DNA of 64,000 nucleotides from Sphaerodactylus townsendi (GCF_021028975.2 NC_059435.1:54994001-55058000); one strand, 5' to 3'. Positions 1-12,053 are shown, counted from the first letter of the stretch. The notes: a model not told the origin generated them from the sequence alone. Numbers and translations are program-made.

Positions 1-911
1 AAAGACTACTAAAGTCCTTTAAAGTGTAGTAAATCAAGCTGGAAAAGCTAGAGGTTTGGAATAAACAGAGGGGGAGTTACTGAAATCATATAAAATATAC
101 TTTAAAATAGCAGAGGCTATCTAAAAGGATAGGGAGAAAAAGTATATAAGAGTGCATGTGTATTAATATTAGCAGAACTCTGAATAAGGAAGCAATAGTG
201 TAAATGTGTGATAATAGTATAAAAGTGGTAATCAGGTCATCCAATAAAGGTTACAAAGACTTTTTTTCTTGTTGTAGGAGAAAATAAAAAGCTAGTGTAA
301 AATATTTTGATTATTTGATATAGAATGTAGGGTATATGATGTTCATGTTCTTTTATCTTTTTACTGTGGTCATAGTATGTGTTGAGGTTGAATGTATGGG
401 AGTCTATGGGTAACAATCTATTTTTTCTTATTTTTCTCATTTTTTTCTTTTTATTGTCTTTGTTGGGGGGCTGCTTCACCATCTGGTAATTTTGTATTTA
501 TACGTTTTTTTTGAAAAAATTACAAAAAAATAAAACAAAGGTCATGATGTGAGATCACTGGGTCAGTAATGACCCAGTGCTTGAACAGGGGCCTACTGTT
601 ACCTTCAGCTTCAACAGATGTGCCCCCCACTCCCAGGAAAAATAAAAAAATATTTGTTTTTGGAAAACGCCACTAAATGTGCCAGAGGAGAAACAGGAGT
701 GTCTGCCCCATCACCTGCACTGCTGGCAGACAAGGACGAAGGGGAGCTTCTGCTCTGTGTGACTCCACAACACATGCCTGAGATGAGGAGGCAGTGGCAC
801 TTCAGGCTAGCTGGTATGTGGACATCTGATTGGGTGTGGTGAAAGGATGGGGTCCCCCCCCCGGGTCTGGTGAATCACCCATTGTGAAAATCTAATACTT
901 ATCATCTAAGC

Positions 912-1058
912 CAGGGGTCTGCAACCTGGGGCTCTCCAGATGTTTATGGACTACAATTCCCATCAGCCCCTGCCAGCATAGCCAATTGGCCATCCTGGCA
1001 GGGGCTGACGGGATTTGTAGTCCATGAACATCTGGAGAGCCACAGGTTGCAGACTCTG
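912..1058. mobile_element. Palindromic hAT-type MITE
   Basis: Near-complete self-complementarity (cagggGtctgcaacctg...caggttgcagactctg); flanks atctaagc (904-911) / atataagc (1059-1066) give an 8-bp TSD with 1 mismatch. Related copies at 15361 and ~59996. Confidence 0.85.
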
Positions 1059-1496
1059 ATATAAGCAATGATAAAAACACAGCATTGAGATTCACTAAGT
1101 AAATGCCAATGGAGTTCACTTGGTTCATTAGGTCAAAGGAGGGTGGTTGTCGCTGGTGGGTGAAATAGGCAGCGTGCGCACAAGATCTGCAAAATATTCT
1201 TACAAATGTAAATCAGTTTGCCTGATGACTGCAAATCTAGAAAAAAATAAAGCTGGTCAGCTTTCCTCTATTTTTAAAGTACTATCAGAGTTAGCCCTGT
1301 GAAACAAATACATCACTCCTCTTCAAGACATGGCTTTAAATTGCTTTCCTAAAGTAAATTGAGGTCAGACAGCATATTTTACTGGGGTGTCTGTCAGTGG
1401 CTTCACTATCTGTGCTTCAGCAATAATGAGCAACTAGGGGTGGGAGGAAGGGTTGTGGCTCTGGGAAGTGAAGATTAACACTTTCTCATCCTGCAT

Positions 1497-1680
1497 GTGT
1501 CTGTGTTTGTGTCGTCAAGTCTCAGCTGACTCGTGGCAATTCCACAGGGCTTTTAGTTTTTGTGTGGGCCGAGGGAGTTCTGGGACTGGCCCAGGGTCAC
1601 ACAGCAGGCTTTAGGTAGAGGAGTGGGGAATCGAGCCCAGTTTTCTAAATTAGAGTCAACTGTTCATAACCACTACACCT
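1497..1680 (-). mobile_element. Degraded SINE: tRNA-derived head plus BovB/Sauria-type tail
   Basis: Reverse strand reads ggtgtagtggtt...gggctcgattcccc (A/B boxes) then ...gagtcagctgagacttgacgacacaaaca, the tail motif shared with copies at 10473, 28220 and 52576. Confidence 0.65.
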
Positions 1681-3789
1681 TGCTGGCTGTCTTTTATCAT
1701 GCTGTACCCTTTTTCAAGGAAAAATTCCAGGAAATGTGTGATTTTGTCAGCCAGATCTTGCTGGATCTGCTTTTTGTCGAAATGCTCCATGGGGTCCTAG
1801 TGCCTGCCTCATTCTCCCCCCCCCCTTTTTACCCATGGTCCAAATCTCTTTTAAAAGTAAAGAATCTTATTTAAATGGTGGGTTTTCAATGGGGGGGGGG
1901 GTGTGTGTGACAGTATAAAAATGAAAGTGCTGCTGATAGCCATTTGGAGCAATATAAATGTTCTTTTATCAAAGTGTTATGTTTAATAACGCAGAAGGTA
2001 ATGGAAATCGGTGCTAAAATAAGATTCGTTAGTCTTAAAAGAAAATCTGCATTTCTTTGATAAATGGGGCCTGCCCATTTGACTTCTGCTGAAGGACGCG
2101 TAATCCCATTGTCATCTTTCTGCGAGAAAGGGTATAGTGCAGTCTTAATAGAAACTAACCCCTCTGTGCTGCTATTCATTGGTTATCTCCTCTCCACTTT
2201 ATCTCTACAACAACTGTTTGAGGTACACCAGGCTGTGAGGGAGCGACTCTCCTGGGGTCGCTCAGTGACTTTCATGGGCTGTGGTGATTTGAATTGGGTC
2301 TCCCAGATACCCAAACCATTTTACCACAGCGCCCAAACCATTTTATCACACAGCAATAATCTATGTTCTATTTGTTTCCCCCCTACTCGTGCTACTGGAA
2401 GTTCTCTTCCGAGGGTCGCCAACTTTTAAAATGTCCCTGCAGCAATTATCAGATTATATTGTTTAGCACAATGCCATGAAAAGCTTCAATGACAGGTTTC
2501 TGCAAACTATACTTCTATTAAAGGGCTGGAATTCTTTACCTCTGTCCTTTCTTTTTCCCCCCCTAACTGCTGTCAGGGAAGGAATATGAGGGATGGGTTA
2601 ATGCCTTCCTCTTCACCTTGATCCCAATTAAAATTGCCAGCTGGTGAGGAAAAGAATATGTCGTATTCCTTTTCATAAAGGCTTAATATTCGGAAATCTG
2701 CCCTTGAAGCTTCTCTGGCATGCAGCTAAATAACCTCACCAGATAATTGCTGCAGATCAAAATGATATTAAAGGGACAGCTAGAGGGACCCATTTAATAG
2801 CTGGCATGAAGTTTGGTCCTTAGTTTATGCATATGGTGCCAATTTTGCCAGTAGGCTTTCTTTATGCTTAGATCTTAAATGGTATATTAAATGTAGGAAT
2901 AATGAGGCCCTCCAGCCATTCTCATGTAGTCTCAGTTTTATAACAGAGGGAAGAAAAAAACCCCAGAGCAAACTGCTGCCATGCAAAGCAGTCTAGAGCC
3001 GTTCCATTCTTAATGGAATGTCTGTTAACCTTTCACAAGACATGATAGATGATTCCACTGCCTTGAAACAGCACAAAGAATCCATCCAGGCAGACATTAT
3101 TTTAATGACTATCTTGACGCAGATTCCTGCATTAGTTTCCTGAATTCAGTCAGTTGGAAGTTCTGTCCTGTGGCAGAAACTCTGTGCAGCAGCTGCCATG
3201 CAAGACAGAGATTGCTGGTATTGTGTAGAGCAGCACCTACTATTGGCTGCTGGCCACAAATATGTTATCTAGGCACAGGAGCTTCCTTCAGTAGCGGCAT
3301 TCCCATGTAATAGATTCCCTTTGGAGCCACTACCATCATCTTTTACATGAGGCCCAAAGAGAATCAACCTCTCTGTCTCTCCTCCTTATAATAGTTCTCA
3401 AATAGTGAAAAGTCTAGCTGTGAGTGAGCAATAATAGATGGGGTAGAGGACTGTATAAGCATTTTCACAATCCACTTCATTCGTAGCAGAGAACAGCTGT
3501 AAGGAATTACTAGGTGTGTTGTTTTTAATCCAGCAAAGAAAATGAGTAATGATATGTGTTTTTGAAAAAGAAGAAAAGAAAAACATTGTTTTGAATAGCA
3601 AAAGGGACAGAATTTAAAAGCAAGCAGACAATGTGGGGAAAAGTGGACTAGGAACAGCCGTGCAGAAGAAGTGGATTTCTAGGAGGATGGGCGGATATAA
3701 CTTGGGAGTGAAATTGCAGGTAACTGACAAGCATGGAATGACTTTTAGATTTATAGATACTTATCAGTGTTTGTATTTATGCCTTTCAG

Positions 3790-3850
3790 AGCACAAAGTG
3801 ATCATTGTGGGACTTGATAATGCCGGGAAGACCACCATTCTGTACCAGTT
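3790..3850 (+). CDS. ARL5B: ADP-ribosylation factor-like 5B, coding exon 2 (P-loop GLDNAGKT)
   Basis: ttcag|AGCACAAAGTG...CAGTT|gtaagt; 61 nt encoding (E)[19 protein letters not shown](F); phases join correctly to the next exon. Confidence 0.97.
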
Positions 3851-4965
3851 GTAAGTATATGAATCAGATATCCTCTTCAGTTCTTTGGATCTGAAACTGG
3901 GCACAGCTTAGTTTGGTGGGCAGGGTTAAAAGTGTGAAGAACATGCCTTGGAGACAGGAAATTTCCACAGCTGATCTTTAGTGATAAAGCAGGCAATTAG
4001 GGAATATTTTTTCAGCTCCCCAGCTGTAAACTGTTACATGCACTAATGACCTTAAAGCCCGTTTTCAGTCTTGAGCATATCCACACAAAAAAATTAACAT
4101 GTAATGTCTTATTTCTTCCTCTCTGCCCTCTCCCCACCACTCGCCTAAGTTCTATTGTAAGAAGACATTTACTGTAGCGATTTCATTGGTCAATATTTTA
4201 TCCGCTGTAAATGTGAGTTGTTTGTGAATGGAACGAGTTGGCCATTGATTCCTGCTGCTATCTTCTGACACCATCTGCGGAACTGTAAAATCTTGCTGCT
4301 AACCAATCCCTTTGCATCACACACGTATTGGTCCTTGAGAATGGGATTTCATTATGTTCCATAATTTTTTTTGAAACTTTGTGAAGCTGTGCCTGTAAAA
4401 TTAAGTGAGTAATTAAGAGATTGTCCTGACATCTGATTTAAAAAAAAATACCCTGTCTCTCTATAGTAAGAGAAAGACTGAACTGAATAGACACCATAGT
4501 ATCTTGTTTCTGTGCCACAGGTGGCTTTGTGTTGAGGAGTTTAATGCCCGTACAATTAGCTAATCTGCTGTAGAATAAATACTCCCCCACCCTACCAGAA
4601 GGGAGTGTTCATATGGCTAAAGACCTCCACATAGTTGGGTATGTGGAGGCAATTAGGGCTATAAATGTAATGAGCTGACATCCATGCCTGATCACAGCCA
4701 TACTTTTCCAGCAGTTAGTATCTCAGAGGCGTCTGCTATGCTACCGCACAAACACTGTACAGACCTTCCTTGGTGTATTTTCTGTATCTTCAAAAACAAT
4801 TTGGAGAAGCTTATTCCAGAGGATGGACTTCAAATGAAACTTTCAAATGAATTTTTTCCTATACAGCCTTGTTAGATACTTAATCCAAAAGTGGAAAATT
4901 ATTCTTCGAATGGTTTATGTAGAATGGTTACCTTTAGTTTATTTTTTTCTTACTCTTCCCTTTAG

Positions 4966-5113
4966 CTTAATGAATGAGGTGGTTCATACTTCTCCAACTA
5001 TAGGAAGTAATGTTGAAGAAATAGTAGTAAAAAACGCACACTTTCTCATGTGGGATATTGGAGGACAAGAGTCCTTGCGATCATCCTGGAATACCTATTA
5101 TTCAAATACAGAG
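4966..5113 (+). CDS. ARL5B: ARL5B coding exon 3 (switch I/II, WDIGGQ)
   Basis: tttag|CTTAATG...ACAGAG|gtaggt; 148 nt encoding [49 protein letters not shown]. Residues FLMNE, VVKN, YYSNTE match ARL5B rather than ARL5A as I recall the paralogues. Confidence 0.97.
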
Positions 5114-5209
5114 GTAGGTTCACTTGTTCCTTCTTAAGCTGATCAGTTCAAGAAAGTTGGTTGCATTGGCATAAGGGATCTGGTACAGATGAATGAGTAT
5201 TACCTAGTA

Positions 5210-5695
5210 CGGTGGAACCTCGGTTTTCGTTGGTAATCCGTCCGAAGAGAATCAATGAAAACCAAAACCGATGAAAACTGAGGCAAACTTTTCCATAGGA
5301 ATCAATGTAAATCCAATTAATCCGTTCTAGGCACTCCAAAAAACATACCAAAAACATATTTTTTGGTGAATAAACACAGTGTTTAATGCTGAAAACAGTA
5401 ACAAACAATAACACTAGGACCAGATTCAGAGCCAGTGGACCAATGTCGCACCAGAAAGCTGTCCAAAGAGGTCTGTTTCTTATGCCTCTTTAAGATTTTT
5501 CTGAAATGGGGCAAGACATTGTCATTAAACAAGTTGCAGACTCGGCCTGCAACAGCTCTGTCTGGGTGATTTTTCTCCACAAACCCCTGTACCTTACTGC
5601 AAATTGATGAAAACCGAGACAAATTTTTCACTGAAAAAATCGATGAAAACCGAAAACGAGGAAAACCAAAGGCAATGAAAACCGAGGTTCCACTA
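5210..5695 (-). mobile_element. Tigger/pogo-like DNA transposon, internally deleted
   Basis: TIRs cggtggaacctcggttttc / gaaaaccgaggttccacta with TA on both sides; minus-strand ORF 5383-5631 (VQGFVEKNHPDRAVAGRVCNLFNDNVLPHFRKILKRHKKQTSLDSFL) resembles a Tigger transposase C-terminus. Confidence 0.85.
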
Positions 5696-6171
5696 TAGTT
5701 AAAGTGCTATTCAAGAGGAAGAAGGAAAAGTTGAGAAAACTGTAGAGAATTGTACTGTTCTAACAGCCCAATCGGGGTGGGGGGTGGGGATGGAGGCTTA
5801 CCTCAGGAGCTGGCGTGGAGCTGCCCAACCCACCGGCACAAGGGACAAATACATTGGCAGAGGGTCAGATACATAGGTGGATGGGGCCCCTCTGCCCTGT
5901 CACCACAAAAGCCAGAAGTCCTATAGTGGAGCTGTGCTGACGTTGGGGAGGGGTGGGGTGGGGTTTTTTTTGCTGTTTTCTCTGTCCCTCTGCCCCCCAG
6001 ACAGCCTTCTGGAGTCAGTGGGAAAGCATGGCATCAGTCTTTTTGTTCAGCATTTTTGTTCCAAATTGTCACTTCTTGAGCCTCTGTACTTGGAAACACT
6101 TGTTTAGCCCTGAAAGCCTTCGACAGTACTTGTTTAGCTGCTTGTCCAACATTGTGATCTTGTCTCCACAG

Positions 6172-6255
6172 TTTATTATTCTAGTTGTTGACAGCATTGA
6201 TCGAGAGAGGTTGTCAGTCACAAAAGAAGAACTCTACAGGATGTTGGCACATGAG
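6172..6255 (+). CDS. ARL5B: ARL5B coding exon 4
   Basis: ccacag|TTTATT...CATGAG|gtactt; 84 nt encoding [28 protein letters not shown]. Confidence 0.97.
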
Positions 6256-6518
6256 GTACTTTGGAGTTAGGATTCTGGATTGTGTTGTAAACCCCTCAGG
6301 TTTTGTTGTGGCACAAACGAATATTCTGGTTTATGAGATTGAATCCTATCTGCACGTCAGAACATACGTTGGCCTCTATTTGAAGTGAAGCAGGGCCATT
6401 GGTTAGCTTTGTTCACGGTAAGCTTTGTGCTGACAGCAACATTAAATTGTGCAATTAAAACTTGTAATGCTCAAACTGCGGACAGGAGAGGATTGGAGAA
6501 AGGAACGTGCAATCCACA

Positions 6519-6954
6519 AAACTGGACATAATATTTTATTTGAGAACACTGAAATTCTGGACAATTCAGAAGCTTACTATGTCAGACTGCACAGGGAGGC
6601 CATTGAAATTCACAAACACCAGGACAACTTCAATAAGAAAGAAGTGACGTTAAAATTAGCAAAGAGTGGCTCCCAGTTCTTAAAAAATGGACTGATAATC
6701 CCACCCACAATACAATGCATTCAACCACACCTTTGCATAGCAAGTTCCACCCAAACACTTAATGATTGGTTCCCCACCCTGGGACATGGACAATATAACA
6801 CACTAAACTTTCCCTTCGCACCTAGACACAGTGTGAAACAGACTTTTCTCTGTGATACACCTCTGAAGATGCCAGCCACAGATGCAGGCGAAACATTAGG
6901 AACAAAATCCACCAGACCACGGCCACACAGCCCAGAAAACCCACCAGAACCAGT
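6519..6954 (+). mobile_element. 5'-truncated Penelope-like element (GIY-YIG C-terminus plus pLTR)
   Basis: Encodes TGHNILFENTEILDNSEAYYVRLHREAIEIHKHQDNFNKKE (GIY-YIG endonuclease end); 11-bp TSD tgcaatccaca at 6508-6518 and 6955-6965. Confidence 0.88.
6860..6900 (+). ncRNA. Minimal type I hammerhead ribozyme core (PLE-associated, degenerate)
   Basis: cct-CTGAAGA-t-gcc...ggc-GAAAC-ATT-agg: conserved CUGANGA/GAAA core, helix I cct/agg, helix II gcc/ggc; cleavage triplet AUU is non-optimal. Confidence 0.6.
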
Positions 6955-7094
6955 TGCAATCCACAGTTTGGCAACTAGCAAAGCATCTAAACCATCCCAA
7001 AATCTGTAGCATTATTCTAATGTCAAGAATCATGTGGCACAGTTTCAAAAATTCAGTAATGTGAGTTTTTAACACATTTCCCCTTCATTTTCAG

Positions 7095-7246
7095 GATTTG
7101 CGGAAAGCTGCCGTTCTTATCTTTGCCAACAAACAGGATATGAAAGGCTGTATGTCGGCTGCTGAAATTTCTAAATACCTCACTCTTAGTTCCCTAAAAG
7201 ATCACCCGTGGCACATTCAGTCCTGTTGTGCTTTAACAGGAGAAGG
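7095..7246 (+). CDS. ARL5B: ARL5B coding exon 5 (NKQD and CAL motifs)
   Basis: ttcag|GATTTG...GAAGG|gtaggt; 152 nt encoding [50 protein letters not shown](G). Not in the ORF track; translated by hand. Confidence 0.97.
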
Positions 7247-7758
7247 GTAGGTTTCTCTAGAAGCTGCAAATTGTGTAGTTCAGCAATGTGCTTGTTCATG
7301 TTAATGCTTTCTGATCTCGCAATTACACTGCTAAGGGCAGCTGCTCTGATAAAGGATATTGCATTCGAATTGTAAAGACTGCTTGCTTGATAGTCACAAA
7401 TCTGGGTGATTTGGGTTTTTTTCCTCCAATCTCCTGAATAACACCAGTTTCCCTCTTCTAAAATGTTTGTGACCCTGCCTATGCAAGGTGATGGGCAAAC
7501 TTTTTTATAGTTTTGATCATTTTTCTCTTTCTGTTTAGCTAGGTAGCTCTAGGACTACTTAGTTGACTCCTCTGCTTTGTATTCGGTCTTCTGGTACTGC
7601 TGCTGCTGTGTTGTTGTCTCCAAGGCTTGTAAACATGGAGCCTCTTTGTGACTGCTTCATCTTGAAAAGAACTTATGTAGTGAAGTTATTCAAGAACATA
7701 ACAACCCAAATTCATAAGACCTGTTATATTTGAGGGAGTATCCATGAATGTAATTCCG

Positions 7759-7881
7759 TGTATTGTCAAAAGCTTTCACGGCCGGAATCAGTAGGGTTTT
7801 CCAGGTTTTCCAGGTTGTAGTAGTAGTAATAGTATTTCCGGGTTGTAATAGTATTTTCTCCTGACGTTTTGCCTGCATCTG
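7759..7881 (-). mobile_element. Penelope-like pLTR fragment
   Basis: Reverse complement contains cagatgcaggcaaaacgtcaggag and gattccggccgtgaaagcttttgacaatac, matching the PLE ends at 6519 and 35509. Confidence 0.75.
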
Positions 7882-8623
7882 CCCTGCTTGCCATAAGTTT
7901 GAAAAAAAAAGCGCCATTGTACTCTTCTCGTTCTCCTCAGTTGCAAGGCAGGAAGCCATTTTGTAGAAGAAAAACTGAGTTTCTTAAAACTAGAATAAGT
8001 ACATATTAAGCTGTCCCAACAATTTACTGTTGTTCTTGTTTGCCTTGTACAGGTAGAGTGTTTTAAATGTATTATTCTGTGACAATACAGTATTGTCATA
8101 CATTCTGTGTTCTATCTAGAAGATCTCTGATTTGATCCTGTGGAAGAGGGTTTTTTAAAAAGATCCCTAGGCACAACTGTATACTTTCCTAATTAGGAAC
8201 AATATTGGGATGGGTGCTTTAATCCCATTTCTTCTATAATAGAAAACCTTTGAGATTTCAGGAGGGCTTGAAATCTAAATTATCTTTTTTGTTAACTTGC
8301 ACATATCAGTACATCCTCTTTGTTTTGTTTTTAAATTGGAAAAATATGTCTTTGGCAATGAACTATTTCCCTTATTTAAAATACCCGTTTCTTACAAACT
8401 CAGAAGGTTTCTTGATTTGGCTTATAATGTTTGGTAAACCATACAGGTACCATTAAATCCAAAATTAGAAGAAAGTTTTGTAGTTGCTTTAAAAAAAAAG
8501 AAAAACAAAAAAGCATTTACATTGTAAGAGAGAATGAAGTTTGTTGACTTTGTACCACATACTGGTTGTCTTATAATAAGTATTGCTTTATCTGTTTATC
8601 TCCTACCTCTCCCTTCATTCCAG

Positions 8624-8672
8624 ATTGTGTCAAGGTCTAGAATGGATGACATCCCGAATTGGAGTAAAATAA
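8624..8672 (+). CDS. ARL5B: ARL5B coding exon 6 (terminal, with stop codon)
   Basis: ttccag|ATTGTGT...AAATAA encoding (G)LCQGLEWMTSRIGVK*. Exons 2-6 total 494 nt; with the expected 46-nt exon 1 this gives 179 aa plus stop. Confidence 0.96.
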
Positions 8673-10472
8673 CTTCTTCCAGTTACCAAATGACGCTCAC
8701 TATGTGGACAGAAAGCTCCTTCATGGCAGACAGCTGCTGATGTAGCTACATGTTTAACTTAAAACTTATGAAACCTCCAACAAGCGGCACTTGAATCAAG
8801 TGCAATTAAACTGAAACTCAGAAGTATTTTTAACACTTTTGAAAAATGCACTAATTTTGGATGGATGAACAGTTGGAATGTCCAGTTCTCCTGGCCACAT
8901 AAACTGAACAACTGTCTTTTAACAGCAGTGGCCATTGACAAAAGTCTTGCCATTTTCCTGGGCTGGTTTTCTTCCTTTTGTTCAGGTGCTACAATGAAGC
9001 TTTAAGAATTCCAGTGGTGAGGGTGTTAAGCTAAACCCATTTCCAAGTGAGAAAGCTCATATGCTTGTACACACTACAGAAGTTCTGTATAACTTTGAAA
9101 CAATTATTTATTTACAGTCTTTGCCTGTTATATACCTGTCATTGTCACTTTTGCCTTGGAGAACATATGCCTTTAAAAAACTTTGTTCAACTGCTGAATG
9201 TTTTATACCCTGGGTTTACCTAAAAAGTCAGTTTTGTACAAAAACAGTGAATATGCTGCATGTTGGTTGGAAGGACTGCGCTGTGTTCTAATTGCACATT
9301 TTATAGGGACATATAAATATATCGCAAGGACACTGGGGTATGCATATAGATCTCCAAAAACATTGTGTGATAATATGGTCATAAAAGCTAAACTCTTCCC
9401 AGTACTGTTTTTCAAGTTTATCTAGTTCTACAGCCTGATTCTAAGTAATTCCTGCATAGAAATCTGTGTAAGTTTTAATTACTGAAAATAACTCTACTTC
9501 TCAGTAAAGTTGGTCTGATGCCTCAGAAATCTGTTACCATTTCCCCCAGAAAGATTACTCATTCTACAGATTATAGGCACAATGGCTCACTTTTTGTATG
9601 TTTTTCAAAAATAACTGCAAACTTTCAACAGCAGTATTCTAAAGGGTTTTAAAATACCAAGTTATTTTCATGTTGTACCACTGGTTGACTTTCTGTCTGG
9701 AAGTAATTCTGGTCTGTTACATGAAAGCAAACTATCTGCTTGAACATAACTGGAACTCTATCCAAACTAGGAAGAAGATATCCTGAAGGCCCACTTGCCT
9801 GCTGAAAGTAAGAGAATAAAACTAAAATGCCATGCTTGTATTTTTCCCGTCGGCAAGGCCTTATAGGATACCCGTCAGAAGCAGTTAGCATCCAGGAAGT
9901 GGCATGGGGAAGGTTTCAGCTTCCTTCCTTATCAGCGTAGCTCTGATTAAAGGCAGGTAAAGCCTGTAGCAGCTGTCAAGGCAGCTTAAGATGCCCCTTG
10001 GTTAAGGAGGGAGTCTGGAGGATCCAGTGACAAATCTACTAAGTCACATCTGACTTGGCCCTTGCTCCTATACGAATGCTGTGAAGGAAAGTGCTTGTAG
10101 TGAGCTTTTCCTTCTATGCCGAACCACGAGAATGAAGTTACAGGCCACATATTGGCAATGCTGTGATGAATTGTAACATAACTTTTATGAGAATAAGGCA
10201 AAGATAAATTTGGGTGGATCTTGCTGTCCCTCCTTTTTCTTCAGGAAAAGTGATATTTAAGGGAGTAGAAGATTATTTCCAGAACAGAAGCTGAAACGGA
10301 TGGGGCTATCACTTGAAAAGGAGCTCAGCCAGCTAAGGGGGAGGATCCTCAGTACTGTGTATGCCCTTAAAGTGGCAGTTGCCCATTGGTTGTAGCAGGT
10401 CGGAGAAATATTTCAACAAGGGGAAGAGGGTCACATTTGGACTACTTGAATTGTCCTGTGGTACATAAGGTC

Positions 10473-10690
10473 GAGAGCCAACATGTAGTGATTAAGAGTG
10501 ATGAACTCTGGAGAATCGGGCTTGATTCCCTTCTCCTCCAAGTGAAGCCTACTCAGTGACCATGGCCCAGTCACAGTTTTGCCAGTATTCATTCAGCAAG
10601 TTATGGTCAACCATTTCTAAACACACATGGCCTTGAGAACCGTATGGGGTTGTCATAAATTGGCTGCGACTTGACGACGCTTTCCACCCC
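10473..10690 (+). mobile_element. SINE, tRNA-derived head with BovB/Sauria-type tail, inside putative 3' UTR
   Basis: gagagcca..tgtagtgattaagag...gggcttgattccc head; tail ggggttgtcataaattggctgcgacttgacgacgc. Confidence 0.7.
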
Positions 10691-11897
10691 CACGTAAGAT
10701 CATCTTCATCACATCCTGGGCTTTTGGGAAACTGATATAGTGGGATGGTGAATCCCCGTGCCTAGAGGTATCGGCTCATTTGACGTCTTAGAATGATGGT
10801 GTCTGAAGCCCACCTGCTATAGGAGTTAGATGTAAGCTGTGCTTCAAAGTTCCATGCACTTTGTTTAAGCATGTTTTGCAGTATCTAATGAAGTACCATC
10901 AGCTTATTTTTTAATGATGGCCCTTCAGCAGATTTTGTCATTTTTAACATCGTGGACATTTGTGATAAAGTGAAAGGGAGGTTTTCTCTGTAGAACTGGT
11001 ATGTTGTTTGCCCAAAAATGCTGTCTTTGCAGAAGGCCTTTCTCCTTGCCCTGCCTTCTCAGTTTTGGCTGTACTCAGAGACTTCGCAGTGCTGTGAATT
11101 ACCACTTGCTGTTTTATTAAGGGTGAAGGCAATTTAGTATTTAAGCTGTAGTTCTTGCTATACCATGAGATTTCAAAAATACAGATCCCTTTTGGCCAAT
11201 GTCATATGTCATTGAATTATGGTTTAGTAGACTGCACACTTATACCAAATCAGCAGCATTGTATTGCATTATAAATGTTTGTCGAGGGGAAGTACTATGC
11301 TGTGCAAACCAGTGGTTATCTTGCACAAAATTGCAAAAACTGTCTATGGTGAATATGGTGCTTGTTAGGGGGAGGATGGGGTCAAATGCCAAAACAGCTT
11401 CTCTGAGAGAAGGTCTGTGCAGCCTCTCTCTTGCTTGTATGTAAACTGGTTTTTAACTTGTGATCATGGTGTCACGTCCTTCCAACTTCCTTACATTGTA
11501 CAATTTTTACTGTGCAAGACTGCTTCAATTCCATCTCTTCCTTTGGAAGAACTTGAGATTAAACAAAGTCTACAGCCAGAATGTTCTTTGTGTTGTGGAA
11601 AGAGTCTGTTTAATTGCCAAACTTTCTCCTTACCAGACAAGTTTCCATCAAAATTACATTGTTACTATCATTTTTTTCAGTGATCACTTTGGCAAAGCTG
11701 CATTTTGAAGTATATTGGAATTGGCGAGACAATATATCTGTAATTGACCAGTGTGTTTTTCTTTGAGTGTCCCAAGCAAAAGTGTTAGCTGTTCGTTTAA
11801 ATCTTTCTTTGTTGGGTGATGTCTTCCAGAGGAATTATACAAATGGGGTGAAAATGAAGTAAGAGTAGACAGCTATTGTGACCCAAATATTTGGTAG

Positions 11898-12053
11898 CAG
11901 TGTTCCCTGTAGGCCACACAGTCACACAGACATGGTATTGGTGCCATGCAGCTCAGGTGGCTGCCAGCAGGGGGAGCTCCCACAGGCAGCTCACTTCCAT
12001 GCAGGGGTAGAGCACTTCCTTACAGTTCCCTTCCGCAATTAGAGGGACCATTG
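11898..12053. mobile_element. hAT-type MITE
   Basis: TIRs cagtgttccct / agggaccattg; perfect 8-bp TSD tttggtag (11890-11897, 12054-12061). Confidence 0.8.

Noticed and set aside
1-535. Possible L1/Tx1 3' end (AT-rich, A-rich tail)
   Set aside because: No translatable diagnostic motif found; too degraded to call.
1-3789. ARL5B exon 1 or promoter
   Set aside because: No MG(L/I)IF..LW-like coding start or CpG island seen; this is intron 1 and exon 1 lies upstream.
3633-6270. ORF-track entries 3633-3854, 4847-5137 and 5953-6270 as standalone genes; ARL5A assignment
   Set aside because: They are ARL5 exons read through into intron; diagnostic residues ([23 protein letters not shown]) fit ARL5B.
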